Positions 27,715 through 39,682 of a stretch of 64,000 bases of DNA are shown one piece after another; position 1 is the stretch's first letter, and every line of letters begins with the position of its first letter. A program made the translations under genes and the position numbers. The stretch is from positions 75,036,630 to 75,100,629 of the forward strand of contig JAHRHZ010000249.1 of assembly GCA_024137785.1 (NCBI GenBank), written 5' to 3'. The notes beneath the pieces were generated by a model. The model saw only the letters and a program-made list of their open reading frames with translations, did not search any database and had not been told where the DNA came from. Origin of the DNA: Ginglymostoma cirratum. Lineage: Eukaryota.

Positions 27715-28170
27715 GGATGTTGCCAGGAACGGAGGATTTGAGATATAAAATTAAATTGGAAAGACTGGGACTTTTTTCACTGGAGAGTAGAGGGTTGAGG
27801 GGTGACGTTTTTGAGGTTTATAAAATCGTCAGGGCCATAGAAAAGGTGAATGACAAGGGTCTTTTCCCTAGGGTGGGAAGTCCAAAACTAGTGGACATAT
27901 GTTTTGTTGAAAGGAAAAAGATTTATAAAGGGCATGAGGAGTAACTTTTTTAACACAGAGAGCATTTTGTGTGTGGAATGAACTGCCAGAGAAGGTGATG
28001 TATGTAGGTGTAGTTATAGCATTTAAAAGACTTTTGGATAAATACATGAACAGGAAAGTTTTTTGGAGGGATAGAGGCCAGGAGCAGGCAGGTGGGACTA
28101 GTTTAGTTTGGGATTATGTTAGGTTGGACCTAAGGGTCTATTTCCATACTGCGTGGTTCTATGACTCTAA
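27715..28170 (+). mobile_element. CR1/HER1 LINE 3' end
   Basis: MLPGTEDLRYKIKLERLGLFSLESRGLRGDVFEVYKIV and WNELPEKV..FKRLLDKYM; tail ttctatgactcta. Confidence 0.92.
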
Positions 28171-28745
28171 GGTCACAACACTAGGAATGTCATAAAGCCA
28201 GAATTAAAGTGAAACTAGAACAATTTTGAAGTCTACGCAAATGGATTCCAATGAAGAAAAAAGTAAGAGGACTGTTGAAGCTGCAGTAAGGGCAGGAAAT
28301 CCATAATTGAAGCCATAATAAAAGTGGGAAGAATGTATCAGGGCCACACACACGAAGGTTAATTCAATCTTGAATGATAATATTTTTTAAAACCTTAAAA
28401 CAATTGGATTATTAGCAGCACTGAAGAAAATGTAGATTGCCTGGGGAAAGTTGGTAAAAGCACAGGTTCCAGCTTTAAAACTGTAGACTGTGGAATTCAT
28501 TCCGTAAAGCACAGGAAATCTCTTTAATGTAGTATTACAGAGAAGAAGTATTACTACAGCGTTAAGAGTCTTTATTGCAAGTAGAGTAATGTTGCATAAA
28601 TATTCTGCATGATTGAAATTATTTAAGAAAAATAAATAATCATATTAGATAGAATTAGCAGCAGAAACAATATTGCCTGGAAGATTTAATTTCAGGGATG
28701 GACACAGCACAGAATTTTACTTGGTGATGTAGTTCTCAAGATACA

Positions 28746-29376
28746 GAGATAACAAGGTGTATGGCTGGATGAACACAGCAGGCCAAGCAGCATCGTAGGA
28801 GCAGGAAAGCTTAACGTTTCGGGCCTAGACCCTTCATCAGAAATGGGGGAGGGGAAGAGGGTTCTGAAATAAATAGGGAGAGAGGGGGAGGCGGATAGAG
28901 GATGGATAGAGGAGAGGATAGGTGGAGAGGAGGCAGGCAAGTCAAAGAGGCGAGGATGGAGCCAGTAAAGGTAAGTGTAGGTGAGGGGGTAGGGAGGAGA
29001 TAGGTCAGTCCAGGGAGGACGGACAGGTCAAGGGGGCGGGATGAGGTTAGTAGATAGGAGGTAGGGGTGGGGCTTGAGGTGGGGGAGGGTATAGGTGAGA
29101 GGAAGGACAGGTTAGGGAGGCGGGGACGAGCTGGCCTGGTTTTGGGATGCAGTAGGGGGAGGGGAGATTTTGAAGCTTGTGAAATCCATATTGATACCAT
29201 TGGGCTGCAGGGTTCTCAGGCTGGATATGATTTGCTGTTCCTGCAGCCTTCGGGTGGCATCATTGTGGCACTGCAGGAGGCCCAGGATGGACATGTCATC
29301 TGAGGAATGGGAGGGGGAGTTGAAATGGTTCGCGACTGGGAGGTGCAGTTGTTTGGTGCGAACTGAGCGTAGGTGT
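28746..29376 (-). mobile_element. Penelope-like element (Neptune-type GIY-YIG C-terminus plus pseudo-LTR)
   Basis: HLRSVRTKQLHLPVANHFNSPSHSSDDMSILGLLQCHNDATRRLQEQQII..LQPNGIN on the minus strand, a C-rich 3' UTR and a hammerhead motif. Confidence 0.9.
28810..28843 (-). ncRNA. Minimal type I hammerhead ribozyme motif (PLE-associated)
   Basis: ttt CTGATGA a gggtc-ta-ggccc GAAA CG TT aag: core intact, palindromic AACGTT in place of stem III, weak stem I. Confidence 0.7.
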
Positions 29377-30449
29377 TAATTACTTTCAATTAGGCACTAC
29401 ATGTAAAACTGAACAGGATAAAAACAGTTATGTATTCAGTTGGGAACTATCATTGTTAATGTTGTAGCTGCCCAAGGCTAATGGAAGACTCACACACTTA
29501 TGATGAAACTGTGCAAGTTTTAATATTTACATTAACCCAAGAAGAAGTAAAATTCTTGAAAAGCAAGTTTTGTTAAAGGCATTCAACATTGAGGGATTCC
29601 ATAAATGATATAATTAATGATCTTTAGATGGGTGGTTTTAAATCAGAATTCACAAGACACATACTTACTTTTTGGAATTATGTGAATCATTGTCAGATTT
29701 ATTATAGTTCAAAGAAGATTTGACTTTAAAGACCCATTCAGCTGGTGCTGAAAGTAGAAATAGAAAGACCACAGAGAAATCTTAGAGAAAGGACAACTTT
29801 ATCGCAGAATCCATTCATTTCATAAGGTACCAAATCCACATGTAAAGGCAAAACAAGGAGTAGGTCAAACAGCAGATATGAAGAGTTAATTTCAGTGCTG
29901 TAGACCAATGAATGTTCAGTAGCATAAGCAATGCCCAGCCATTTTAAAAAGTATTATATCTGTAAAATAAATATTACTTACAGAAGATATATGGAAGTAG
30001 GACTCAGAAAAGGAGCAGCAAATGGTCGAATGGCTACTCAAATAAAAATGTTAATTAGGTAGAATAGTAGAAGAGAAATCAATTATTGGGGAAATTGATG
30101 CTCAAAAGCAAGTGCTTTGGCAAGAAGATTTTCTGTCAATGGACATCTTTTTCATTTTAAGCTTGATATTACGGTGAGTGTCACAATATTGTCAAATCAT
30201 CACATCCTGTAAATGAATCAAAATAATAAGAGAAATGTTTCATCCTGTCATGGGATGAAAACCAGTGACTATACAGAGTTGGAAGAAATGATTTCCACTC
30301 ATATCAATACTTGAAGACAATTCAGATGCCAAAAGTCTGCAGTGTTTGCAAGAAGACTCAATGATGAGAAGGATAGTGAACAATATGATCTCAATGAAGA
30401 ATATTTACCTGACTTTGTTCTGACACAGATAAGTGAAAAAAATCATTGT

Positions 30450-31170
30450 AGAAATATAGAAACTGGGAGCAGAAGTAGGCTATTCAGCCTTTCAAGTCTG
30501 CTCCACCATTCAATCAGGTCATGGCTGATCATCTATCTCAATGCCAAATTCTCACTTTCTGTCAAACTCCTTCATGTTCTTCAAACTCCTTCATGGTCTT
30601 TAACATTAAAAAAATTATCTACTTCTGGCATATATTCAGTGTCTTGGCCTTTATGCCCTAATGTGGCAGAAAATTCCCTCAGATCAGTAATGAAGAAACT
30701 TTTCCTCATCTCAGTTCTAAATGGTCTATCCCATTTCCAGAGACAGTGTTCCTTGGTTCTCAATACCCTAACCAGGAAAATATCCTTCCTGCATCTAGTT
30801 TATCCAGCCATGTTACAATTTTAAATATTTCAATCAGATCTCCTGTCAATATTCTAAACTTTAATGAATGCGAGCCCATTTGAACTAATTTCTCCTCATG
30901 CGACAGTCCTGCAATCCCTGGTATGAGCCTTGTGAATCTTTGCTACACTCCCTCTATGACAGGTGTATCCTTCCTTAGGTAGGGAGACCAAAACCGCACA
31001 CAATTCTCAAGCTGTAGCCTCATAAAGGTCCTGTGTAACGATACAAAAGACATCCCTACTTCTGAACTCAAATCATCTTGTAATGAAGGCCAACAAACCA
31101 TTTGCCTTCCTAATTGCTTTTTGCACCTGCCTGAATACTTCCATTGACTTGCATTGAAGAACACCAAGAT
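30450..31170 (-). mobile_element. CR1 LINE 3' fragment
   Basis: LHRTFMRLQLENCVRFWSPYLRKD and RPFRTEMRKSFF; includes a 19-bp tandem duplication at 30562-30599. Confidence 0.85.
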
Positions 31171-31171
31171 C

Positions 31172-31305
31172 TTGAACTGGACTGTGGGAGGAAACCCATG
31201 CAGAATGTACAAACCCCACACTGGCAGTCACTCAAGGCTGGAATCAAACCTTGGTCCCTGGTGCTGTGTGGCAGCAATGTTAACTACTGAGCCACCATGC
31301 CCCAC
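31172..31305 (-). mobile_element. HE1-type SINE 5' fragment
   Basis: Reverse strand gcatggtggctcagtagttaacattgctgcc..ggtttgattccagccttgagtgactg. Confidence 0.8.
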
Positions 31306-31862
31306 AGTCAGTAAGAACAAGTGCAATATGAGGGGATATCTTGCTGTACAGCTCACCAAGACGTCAGTTTAACACCTCCAGGATGAGCAGTTCGAAGAGT
31401 GAGTCTTGTTGAGCCAGTAGCAGCAGTCAGGGGAATCACGTAACATCAGTTGGGAGCTACAAACATAACAGTTGGCATCTTGTCAATAATGATTAGAGGC
31501 TACCTTTCAAATTGGCCAGACGTCTGGGATGAATACAGTCCTTGCTATCCACCTGTCAATCATTAAGTAGGGGCATGGGTCTCCTAGAGGGGTAGAGAGA
31601 GGTGATCACTACCAAAAAGAGACAGGGGAGTCAAGAGGCTGGAAGGTAGTAAAAAGCAGTGACATTTGTGGAGGTGGGAATTAGGATGGTGATGGGAGGG
31701 AATTTAAATGGTACATAGAGGGGTTTTTACAGAATCTATTCTGCAAAGGGGCCTGGTAGACAAATAGAGGGTTTTGGTGGGGGTGAGGGAGTAATTGGCA
31801 GTGACCACCTCAATGGCCTCCACAAGGGGTCCATAGAGGAGGAGGGAAAGAGTCATTAGGGT

Positions 31863-32290
31863 GCAATGTCAGGTTTGAAAAGCAGAGGGGACAATTAAAG
31901 TTCAATATGGTGGGTTTCCACCCTGCATCATCTATCACATGACAATAAAGTTTAATGCATGTACTGGAAAGTGGAATGGTTGAGGAGGATACGGGTTGGA
32001 AAAGGGGGTTAGAGCACATCAAGTGCTCCCTTTTGGATGTAATGTGTTGGTCACTCAGCCACTGTGACACCTTCACCAAGACCTTCACCATGCACCAACC
32101 AAGGCTGTGGTGGGCCAGATGGCAGAGCTGTTGAAGATATGGTTCCACAGCTTAGACCTGTCAGGATGTAGGGGGTGTACTCTAATATAGTTTGGACACG
32201 ATGTGCGGCATCATCCTGGTGTGTTGAGTTCTGCACAGTTGGAGCAGTCAGTGAGGGGATGAGTTAGATGTTGAGCAGCAGGAACAGTCA
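31863..32290 (+). pseudogene. Second Harbinger/PIF transposase fossil (C-terminal half)
   Basis: From 32086: HHAPTKAVVGQMAELLKIWFHSLDLSG, frameshift, L*YSLDTMCGIILVC*VLHSWSSQ*GDEL (cf. HxxTRxVVEQTIGLLKMRFRCLDxSG..LQY..IIxxCCxLHN); FNMVGFH at 31901. Confidence 0.75.
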
Positions 32291-32299
32291 TCAGAGGAT

Positions 32300-32582
32300 A
32301 AGGATTCACTTCAGAAGCAAAAACAAGAAGGCAGATTACTACCTGAATGGCTGTAAATTGGGAGAAGGGAGTGTGCAGGGCGACCTGGGTGTCCTTGTGC
32401 ACCAGTTGCAGAAGGTAAACATGCAGGTGCAGCAGGCAGTAAAGAAGACAAATGGGATGCTGGTCTTCATTGTGAGAGGTTTCAAGTACAGGAGCTGGGA
32501 TGTGTTGTTGCAGTTGTACAGGGCCTTGATCGGGCCACACCCAGAATATTGTGTGCAGTTTTGGTCTCCTTTACTCAAGGGA
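32300..32582 (+). mobile_element. CR1 fragment inserted in the Harbinger fossil
   Basis: YYLNGCKLGEGSVQGDLGVLVHQLQKVNMQVQQAVKK..LQLYRALIGPHPEYCVQFWSP. Confidence 0.92.
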
Positions 32583-33057
32583 TGCTGTGAGCATCCAGAT
32601 AGGCTGAAAATGAGTAAGCTATCAAACAGGCTGGAGATCCAGTCCATGAGCTGAGAGTGTGTGTCCCTAAGTGCACAGGTTCCTTGCTGCTGCATTACAA
32701 TGATAGTTGCCAGGGCAGCACAAGGTGCAGCTTTGAAATATAGAAGAGATTCGTCAGTGGATCAGAGATGTGCCATGACGATTCTTAAAGACTAATACAT
32801 GTTGGGTATAATGTTTGTGGACATGGGGTTCATGCAGAAGGTATGTATAAAACATTCCTGAATTGTTGATGCCCGGTGTCCAATACGGAGGTCCTTTGGA
32901 GCAAGCAGTGAGCTGAAATGAGCTGGTATTCTCTCTGACCAGTAAGATGAGTAGAAACAAGAAGAGAACGAAAAGACTCTGTCTCACCTTGAGTTGGAAT
33001 TCAACCAAGGTCGAAAGAAATCAGAACTACAGAATCCCAACCAACCTGCAAAACTAA

Positions 33058-33110
33058 AGTGTGGAGGTGCTGGTGTTGGTCTCTTGGACAATAACCTGGT
33101 GTCATGACTT
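33058..33110. mobile_element. 53-bp micro-insertion with 11-bp TSD (probable inverted PLE terminus)
   Basis: tgcaaaactaa at 33047-33057 and 33111-33121. The insert (tggaggtgctggtgttgg + ttggacaataacctggtgtc) resembles two opposite-orientation pieces of a shark repeat terminus as I recall it. Confidence 0.55.
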
Positions 33111-34294
33111 TGCAAAACTAAGGATCACGAAACCAACTGTTTAACTCCCAATGTCAAAGTTACAGTAAACTCCACTGTAACTATCCGTTCCTCACAAACA
33201 ATTTAAAGATCAATCCATGTATCTTTTGTTTATATTTTACTAATAACTCTCTTTTTGTTAATCCAAGGAAGTCTGATCAAATTGGCTTCTTTTAAAACGT
33301 AAGCTCATTTGGGTCTGGGAGAAAGATATCCACAACAGAACGGTTCCTTTTTAAAATTATTCTTGTTCCAACCAACTGAAGAGGTAGAAGAATGAAGAAG
33401 GGCGCAACTTTGTCCTTCATTACCTGGGAGCTTAAGTGTTTAAGGTATCCCATCTGACAACGTAATGAATTTGGGACCTCTCCCTGGTTCTGCATATAAC
33501 ATCACCAAGAAATTTTGATCCTACAGTGTTCTTTTTTAGTTAACATGTAAAAAGTACATCAAAAATGACTATAAAAATCAGACCAATGCCTGCAAAAAGA
33601 AGGAACTATGAGATTAAATCTCAATTCTTTACAAACGTCTGAACCTAGAGTTGAAATTACAACCATAAAACCATTCATTATTTCTCAATGATACAAGCTT
33701 TAGGGTTTTGGTTCTTTTTTGCTGACAGAAATGGTTGTTTGGATTAGAAACAACGTTCGGTTTGAGTATGGAGAACTGGTGATGACAGACACACTAAAGG
33801 ATTGACTGCTGGGCTGTTGCTGCAAATTTATCAGGTGATATTTGCAAGATAAGAGTTCATTTTGAGCCATTCAGGTGATGTAATGGACAATCAACTGAAG
33901 CTGGTGTAAAATCCTAAGATAAGACAGTTCCTGGACAAACAGCTGGTATTTGCATTATCAACTCAGCTGTCTCCTGTTAGTCTCCCACAGTGTGAAATTG
34001 GCAGTATGTTCTGTGGAATAAGGACACAAAGAATATTTCATTTTTGACATGCAATGTAACAAGATTGTCAATAAATGCTAGCCTAGCCAGAGATGCCCAT
34101 GTCTCATGAGTGAATAAGGAAAATAATCTTTTATTCTGACACATCTTATGGAGTCACATGTTACCTTCTGTTCATCCATCTTTCCTCAGCCGTCAGCCAC
34201 TAATTTAATCTACAATTCCTATCTGAATTTTGCTTTCACTCTGTCTGATATGTAAAACACTGTGCTTAGGCTGTTGCTACATGATCTTTGGCAG

Positions 34295-34465
34295 AGTTGG
34301 CTCAGTGGTAGCATTCTAGTCTCTGAGTTTGAAAGTCAATGATTTAAGTTTCACTCCAGGGACTTGAACACATAATCAAAACTGACACTTCAGGTTACTG
34401 TCAAGTGGGTGATGCACTGTCAGAGGTGCTGACTTCCAAATGGCTTTCAAACCTAGGTCCCCAGA
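34295..34465 (+). mobile_element. Deu-type SINE 5' part
   Basis: tggctcagtggtagcattct..cactccagggacttgaacacataatc..tgcactgtcagaggtgc. Confidence 0.6.
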
Positions 34466-34539
34466 ACATTAGCTGATGTTGGGATTAATAGTCTAGCGGT
34501 TATGCCACTACACAATTGTGTCCTGAGCTGCAAAGGAAT

Positions 34540-35310
34540 TTCTTCTCCTGGTGGGTAATGAATATCTGGCTAAATCACAGAAGGTATTTAAAGAGGTGGT
34601 AGAAAGAGTTTTAAAATATCGTGAGGAGTTTACAGCCTTGGGGAGGTGAGAGGAATGAGAGGTTGTGGGCAGATGGAACATAATCTTACTGAATGGCGGG
34701 GCAGGCTTGAAGTGCTGAATTGCGCACTCCTACTCCTAGTTCTCACATGTTATTTCAACCTCCCTTGATTAGGGGATGGTCCCATTAGTTTGGAACATGG
34801 CAAATATCGCACCTTTATTTAAAAAGAGAAGTAGATAGAACGTAGGAAACAACAGGCCAGCCGGTTTAGCATTTACTGTGGGCCAAAGGACCCGTTCCCG
34901 TGCTGTACAGTTCTATGATCTATACTCGGGAAAATGGTAGAAACTATCACTGAAGAATTTATAGCAGGGCAGTTGGATAAGTTGAATGAAATCAGGCACA
35001 ATCAACATGGTTTTGTGTAAAGGAAATCATGTTTGACCAATCTATTGGAGTTCTTTGAGATGGTAGCATGCTGTGGAGAAAGGAGAACTGGTGGATGTAC
35101 TGTCCATAGATTTTGAGAAGCTATTTAGATAATGTCAAAGGTAGGAGACAGAGGGTGGAGGTGGAGGGTTGTTTTTTGGACTTGAGGCCAGTGGCCAGCA
35201 GTGTTCTGCAGGGATCGGTGCTGGGTCCACTGCTTTTTGTCATTTATATAAATGATTTGGATGTGAATTTAGGAGGAATGGCTAGTAAATTTGCAGATGA
35301 CACCAGAACT
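34540..35310 (+). mobile_element. Cluster of CR1 fragments
   Basis: GRRQRVEVEGCFLDLRPVASSVLQGSVLGPLLFVIYINDLD..SKFADDT (RT catalytic motif), QHGFV*RKSCLTNLLEFFE, and 3' UTR pieces. Confidence 0.9.
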
Positions 35311-35829
35311 TCAGATTTAATGTGGAATTTTTAACTACTGTTTGGACATTTTAACAGCCGCCGAAATTTTTTAGGATTAAAGTTGCTCTGAATGCAGTTC
35401 TTTTGATGGCCACTCCTTTAGCTTGTCATATAATATTGATTAATTGCAATGGTGGTGCTGTTGAGCCATCCACAAAACAGGAATTTGGACACAAAAAAAA
35501 AACTCGCTGTTTTAAAGGGTAAGTGAAATAGTGAGAGAAGCTTTTTTTATAACCATCTTTTAGCTATTAGATTATGTTCATGGATAGATTCTTCTTCCCA
35601 GCCCAGTCTCCAGTATTTAGCTTCAGCAGTGATGAATTCTTCCAACTCTGGAGGTTTGCTTAATGAGACCTGACAAATATGGTTTAATCTCTGTTGCTTC
35701 ATAAATATTGTAGAAAATAGATTTTACTTTTTACGCGCTTCAAAATTTGAACAGAATTACCATAACCTGACTGCTTGGAATGAGGCGCAATCAATACTAT
35801 TAAAGCATGTATTTAGGATTCCTGTAAAT

Positions 35830-35985
35830 GGGGTGGCATGGTAGTGCACTGGTTGGTACTGTGGCTTCATATTGCCAGGGACCCAGATTCAATTCCAGCC
35901 TTGGGCAGTCTGTGGAGGGTGTGGAAGCCTTTAGGGGGTTGTTGCAAACTCAATGCTGTCTTAATGAACTGTAGAAATTCTATGA
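35830..35985 (+). mobile_element. Internally deleted HE1-type SINE
   Basis: ggtggcatggtagtgcactggttgg..gccagggacccagattcaattccagccttggg..ctgtagaaattctatga. Confidence 0.65.
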
Positions 35986-36072
35986 GAATTAATTACAAAC
36001 TTTTAACACTTCTTTTAATTCCCCACCAGCTCTGTTTTTCTTGTATGTGAAGGATTTAAATTCTCACATTCT

Positions 36073-37050
36073 GGAGTTGTTGGTTGGCTCCCCAAGCAGA
36101 CTGGTTTACGTGCAAATGTTTTGTCTTCCTTTTAGGTGACATCATCAGTGTTGTGTAGCCTCCGTTGAAGTGCAGTTGTTCTGTTCCACTCTGAATTTCT
36201 AGGGTCTGGTCTGTCAAGGTGGGCAGTCTTGTTTCTGGTTTTGTACCGTAGTGATATGTAGATGGAGCCTGTTTCAACATGTTTGTTTATCACATCGGTA
36301 GTTGAAAAACAGGCCTCCAGAAATCCTTGTGCTTGTCTTTGTTTTGCTTGTCCAAGTACTTTGTCCCAATTAAACCGATGCCCTTCTATGTCGGAGTGCA
36401 ATGAAATGATGGAAAGCTGGTTATGTCGTTTTGCTGTGAATTGGTGTTCATGTATCCTGGTGGTGAATTTCTTGCCCAGCTGTCTTATTTAGTGTTTCTC
36501 GCAGTTGCTGCATGGTATTTTATATATCACATTTGTCCTGCTCATTGTGGCTATGGGGCCTTTCGTTTTTGAGAGTAACTGGTGAAGTATGGCTGTTGTT
36601 TGTGTGCTACCCTTACTCCAAGAGGTCGTAGGAGTCTTGTAGTCGGTTCTGATGTGTTTCTAATATTGGGTAGAGTGGTCAGTGTGTTGGGGCATACAGT
36701 GTCTTCTTGGTGTTGTTTATTTTCCAGGCATTGGCAAAGAAGCTGTTGGGATACCCATTGCTTGCAAAGACTTTGTATATGTGTTTCTCTTCGTTTTTGC
36801 ACAGCTCCGGGGTGTTGCAGTGAGTTATCGCTCGTTTGAACAGATTCTTGACACAGCTCTGTTTGTGGATGCTAGAGTGCTCACCATGACAGACCGGGCC
36901 ATATAAATTCAGAGCGGGACAGAACAACAGCGCTTCAATGGAGGCTACACAGCACTGATGATATCACCTAAAGGGAGATGAAACATTTGCACGAAAACCA
37001 GTCTGCTTGGGGAACCAACCAACAACTCCAACCACAACCCGAGCTACAGA
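36073..37050 (-). mobile_element. Penelope/Poseidon-type PLE fragment with inverted terminal copies
   Basis: Minus strand: HKQSCVKNLFKRAITHCNTPEL..VFASNGYP and NVIYKIPCSNCEKH*IRQLGKKFTTRIHEHQ (GIY-YIG). 36073-36200 is an inverted copy of 36905-37030. Confidence 0.88.
36952..36990 (+). ncRNA. Type I hammerhead motif, partly decayed
   Basis: gca CTGATGA t atcacct-aa-agggagat GAAA CA TT tgc; stem I gca/tgc; the inverted partner at ~36110-36150 has GAAA mutated to AAAA. Confidence 0.6.
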
Positions 37051-39682
37051 TCTTCACTAAAACATTAAAGTTCTTAAGTTCTGCTCAGTGAAATCTGTAA
37101 AATTTTGTGGCCAGCATGCTATAGATATTGTACTTTAAAAAGAATCAAAAATCAAAGGTGTATGGCATCATATCACAACAGGGAACAAGGACAGTCAGTG
37201 TTCCTGCTCTGGTTATTATTCAGTGATGTTTACTGGAACATTTCTACAGTGCATGCCTATGACCCCCACCCCTCCCCCGTGGTTAAACAGTTTATACATT
37301 TCACCATATAGATTGACATAGGGATAATTGCTGTTGTGATGAAGTACTCAAGAGCTGCCAATGACTGAGGAAATTTAGCCCTATATGAGTCACCTCTTTC
37401 TAAGGAGAGAAAATTGGAAAATAAAACTCGTCTAACTGAATTAGACAGTGATAAGCAGTGGCCACCCCTGAACCTATGCCCTGTTTAAGTACTGTACAGA
37501 TTAGACTACTGGATTTGCAGCAATTTCTAATGGAGGGTGTGTGTGTGGTGGTGGCTTGCTGGCTTTCATACAGATGTTGTTATTCCGGATGCTGCAATTT
37601 CCTCGTTCTAATTACGGATGTGAATAGCCTTGATCAAATCTAAGGCAGGACCGTAGTAAATCCACAATCTGGGTTGGCTCCAAGTTACTACCATTTACTA
37701 TCTGCATCTCAGTAGTCAATTGAAAGACAAGATTTTGCTAAGCTACTGGACAGCCCTGATGACTCTTCACTTAGCAGACCACATCTTTGATTCACTTTCT
37801 TGATTCACACTTTCAGAAATCCTGCGCTGAATTTTAGATGCAGGGTCCTGTTCTAGGCTAAATTGCAAACTGGGAACTTAGGAGTTGTTGTGATGGAAGT
37901 CAGGATGAGATTTTCATGGAGGTAGCCAATTCCCAGGCCATTTCCAGCAGTGCTGTCTAATGATATACATTGTGTCCCTTGGTTTAGTGAGCTTAAGCCC
38001 TGTCGTATAAACTGCAAATCCCAAGTTTGGATCTCAGCAGTTGGGGAAAGGGGAGAAGGCTCTTGTGGGAGAGTGATAATGTCCCTGCTTCTAGGCCATG
38101 AGGCCAGGGTTCAAGCCCCAAAGCAGGTTGATTAAGAATAATTGCAGCTGCACAGCTTCAAAGATAAATGGGACCTACAGGTAGCTGACAGACACAGATG
38201 GACACTACTGCTGTTGTTTGCGAACATTGTGAGCATCTCAACAAGTAGGCACTTTCTGAATACTTTGAATACTTGTAAATGATACAAACCATGCCTTGAC
38301 CAACCTTCCAAAGGGAAACTCCTTCACACGGTGACTGGTGAATTTAGCTCTCACAGCCTAGTGCCTTTGAACTAGGCTGTCTTCTGGCTGTGCCTGTGAC
38401 ATCCCGTTCCAATCCCCAGTCAAATAGCAGGGAAGGAGAGTCTGGATAGTGCCAATGGTGTGTGAAAAATGCCCACAGTCAACACTTACAAACACATTGC
38501 TCACAACACGTCTCTCCCTACAGATAAAAATTATGCTTCTTTCTTCTTAAAAGATGTTTCAGAGCTTGAGAGCTCATTCAAAACCACAGATCCACCTGAT
38601 GCAGCATAACACTATAAAGGAAACATTGGACTTGTGCAGATAAAGCAATTAGCCAACCTATTGTAGCAAAATTGAAAGTTAAAATATCCACAGGGACTTA
38701 CTGTTAACTTTTCTGCTGGTGATGAATGAATTTATTAACTTCAAATAATTTAATCATTTATTAGGTCAGAAGAAATGTAATTGTTTGAAAATTATTGTTG
38801 CTCAAGTAAATGAGATCCTTTTCCTTTGAGTCGTTTATCGGAATTTGTATTCTGTTCAGAAGATGCTTCCTGCATTTTAAGAGAAATATTTTTTGAGGTA
38901 AAGCTTTTGGCATTATTTGATAACAAATCTTTGCATTAAAGGCGCTACGCTGAACAGAAAATGTTGTTATTGGCATTTCTTGGCTGAAAACATTTAAGAT
39001 ATGAATTGTAAATGTTTTGAGTATCCCGGGAGAATAGGAACACAGTTCCTGTTTTCCTGACCTAGAAGTGAAGTGCCGTCCCTACTACCTACTGTGTGAG
39101 TTTACCTCCACTATCCTGACGGCAGTCTACATGTGGAAGTGAAGAGTTCACTTGGTGAAATATACATCACTGCAAACAGTCTGGAGACAGAATACCACAA
39201 GGTCTAGTTCATCATAGCCAGTAACTTCAACCAGGCTAACCTCAGGAGTATGCTACCAAAATTCCACCAACATGTCTCCTGTCCCAACAAAGGTCCGAAC
39301 ATCCTTGACCATTGTTACACAACCATCAAAGATGCCTACCGCTCCATATCTCGTCCACATTTTGGAAAATCAGATGACATCGTTGTGCTCCTCCCCCGGT
39401 CTTATTAGCAGAAATTGAAGTGTGAGGACCCAGCACAGAAAGTAGTATAATGCTAGTCTGAGGCAACAGAGGAGCTTCTACTGGACTGCTTGGAATTGGT
39501 GTACTCATCCATATTCAAGAACTCGGTTGCCAACCTAAACGAGTAAGCCACTAACGTTACAGACTTCATTACGAAGTGTGTACAAGACTGTGCGTACCAA
39601 AGAAGTTAATCTTAATGTTCCCCAACTGGAAACCATGGATGAACCAGGAGACCCATTGCCTACTGAAGCCCAGGTCTGAGGT

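Larger units (their letters stand above)
28660..30430 (+). pseudogene. Gypsy/Ty3 LTR retrotransposon gag-protease fossil, split by a PLE insertion
   Basis: Manual translation across frameshifts: TVMYSVG, TYDETVQV, YINPRRSKILEK, DSINDIINDL, FKEDLTLK (gag), then SVNGHLFHFKLDITVSVTILS at ~30133-30195 (cf. aspartic protease FKLDTGASVTVL). Confidence 0.75.

Noticed and set aside
33424-33489. 66-nt in-frame minus-strand exon candidate (NQGEVPNSLRCQMGYLKHLSSQ)
   Set aside because: Poor pyrimidine tract and no recognisable protein
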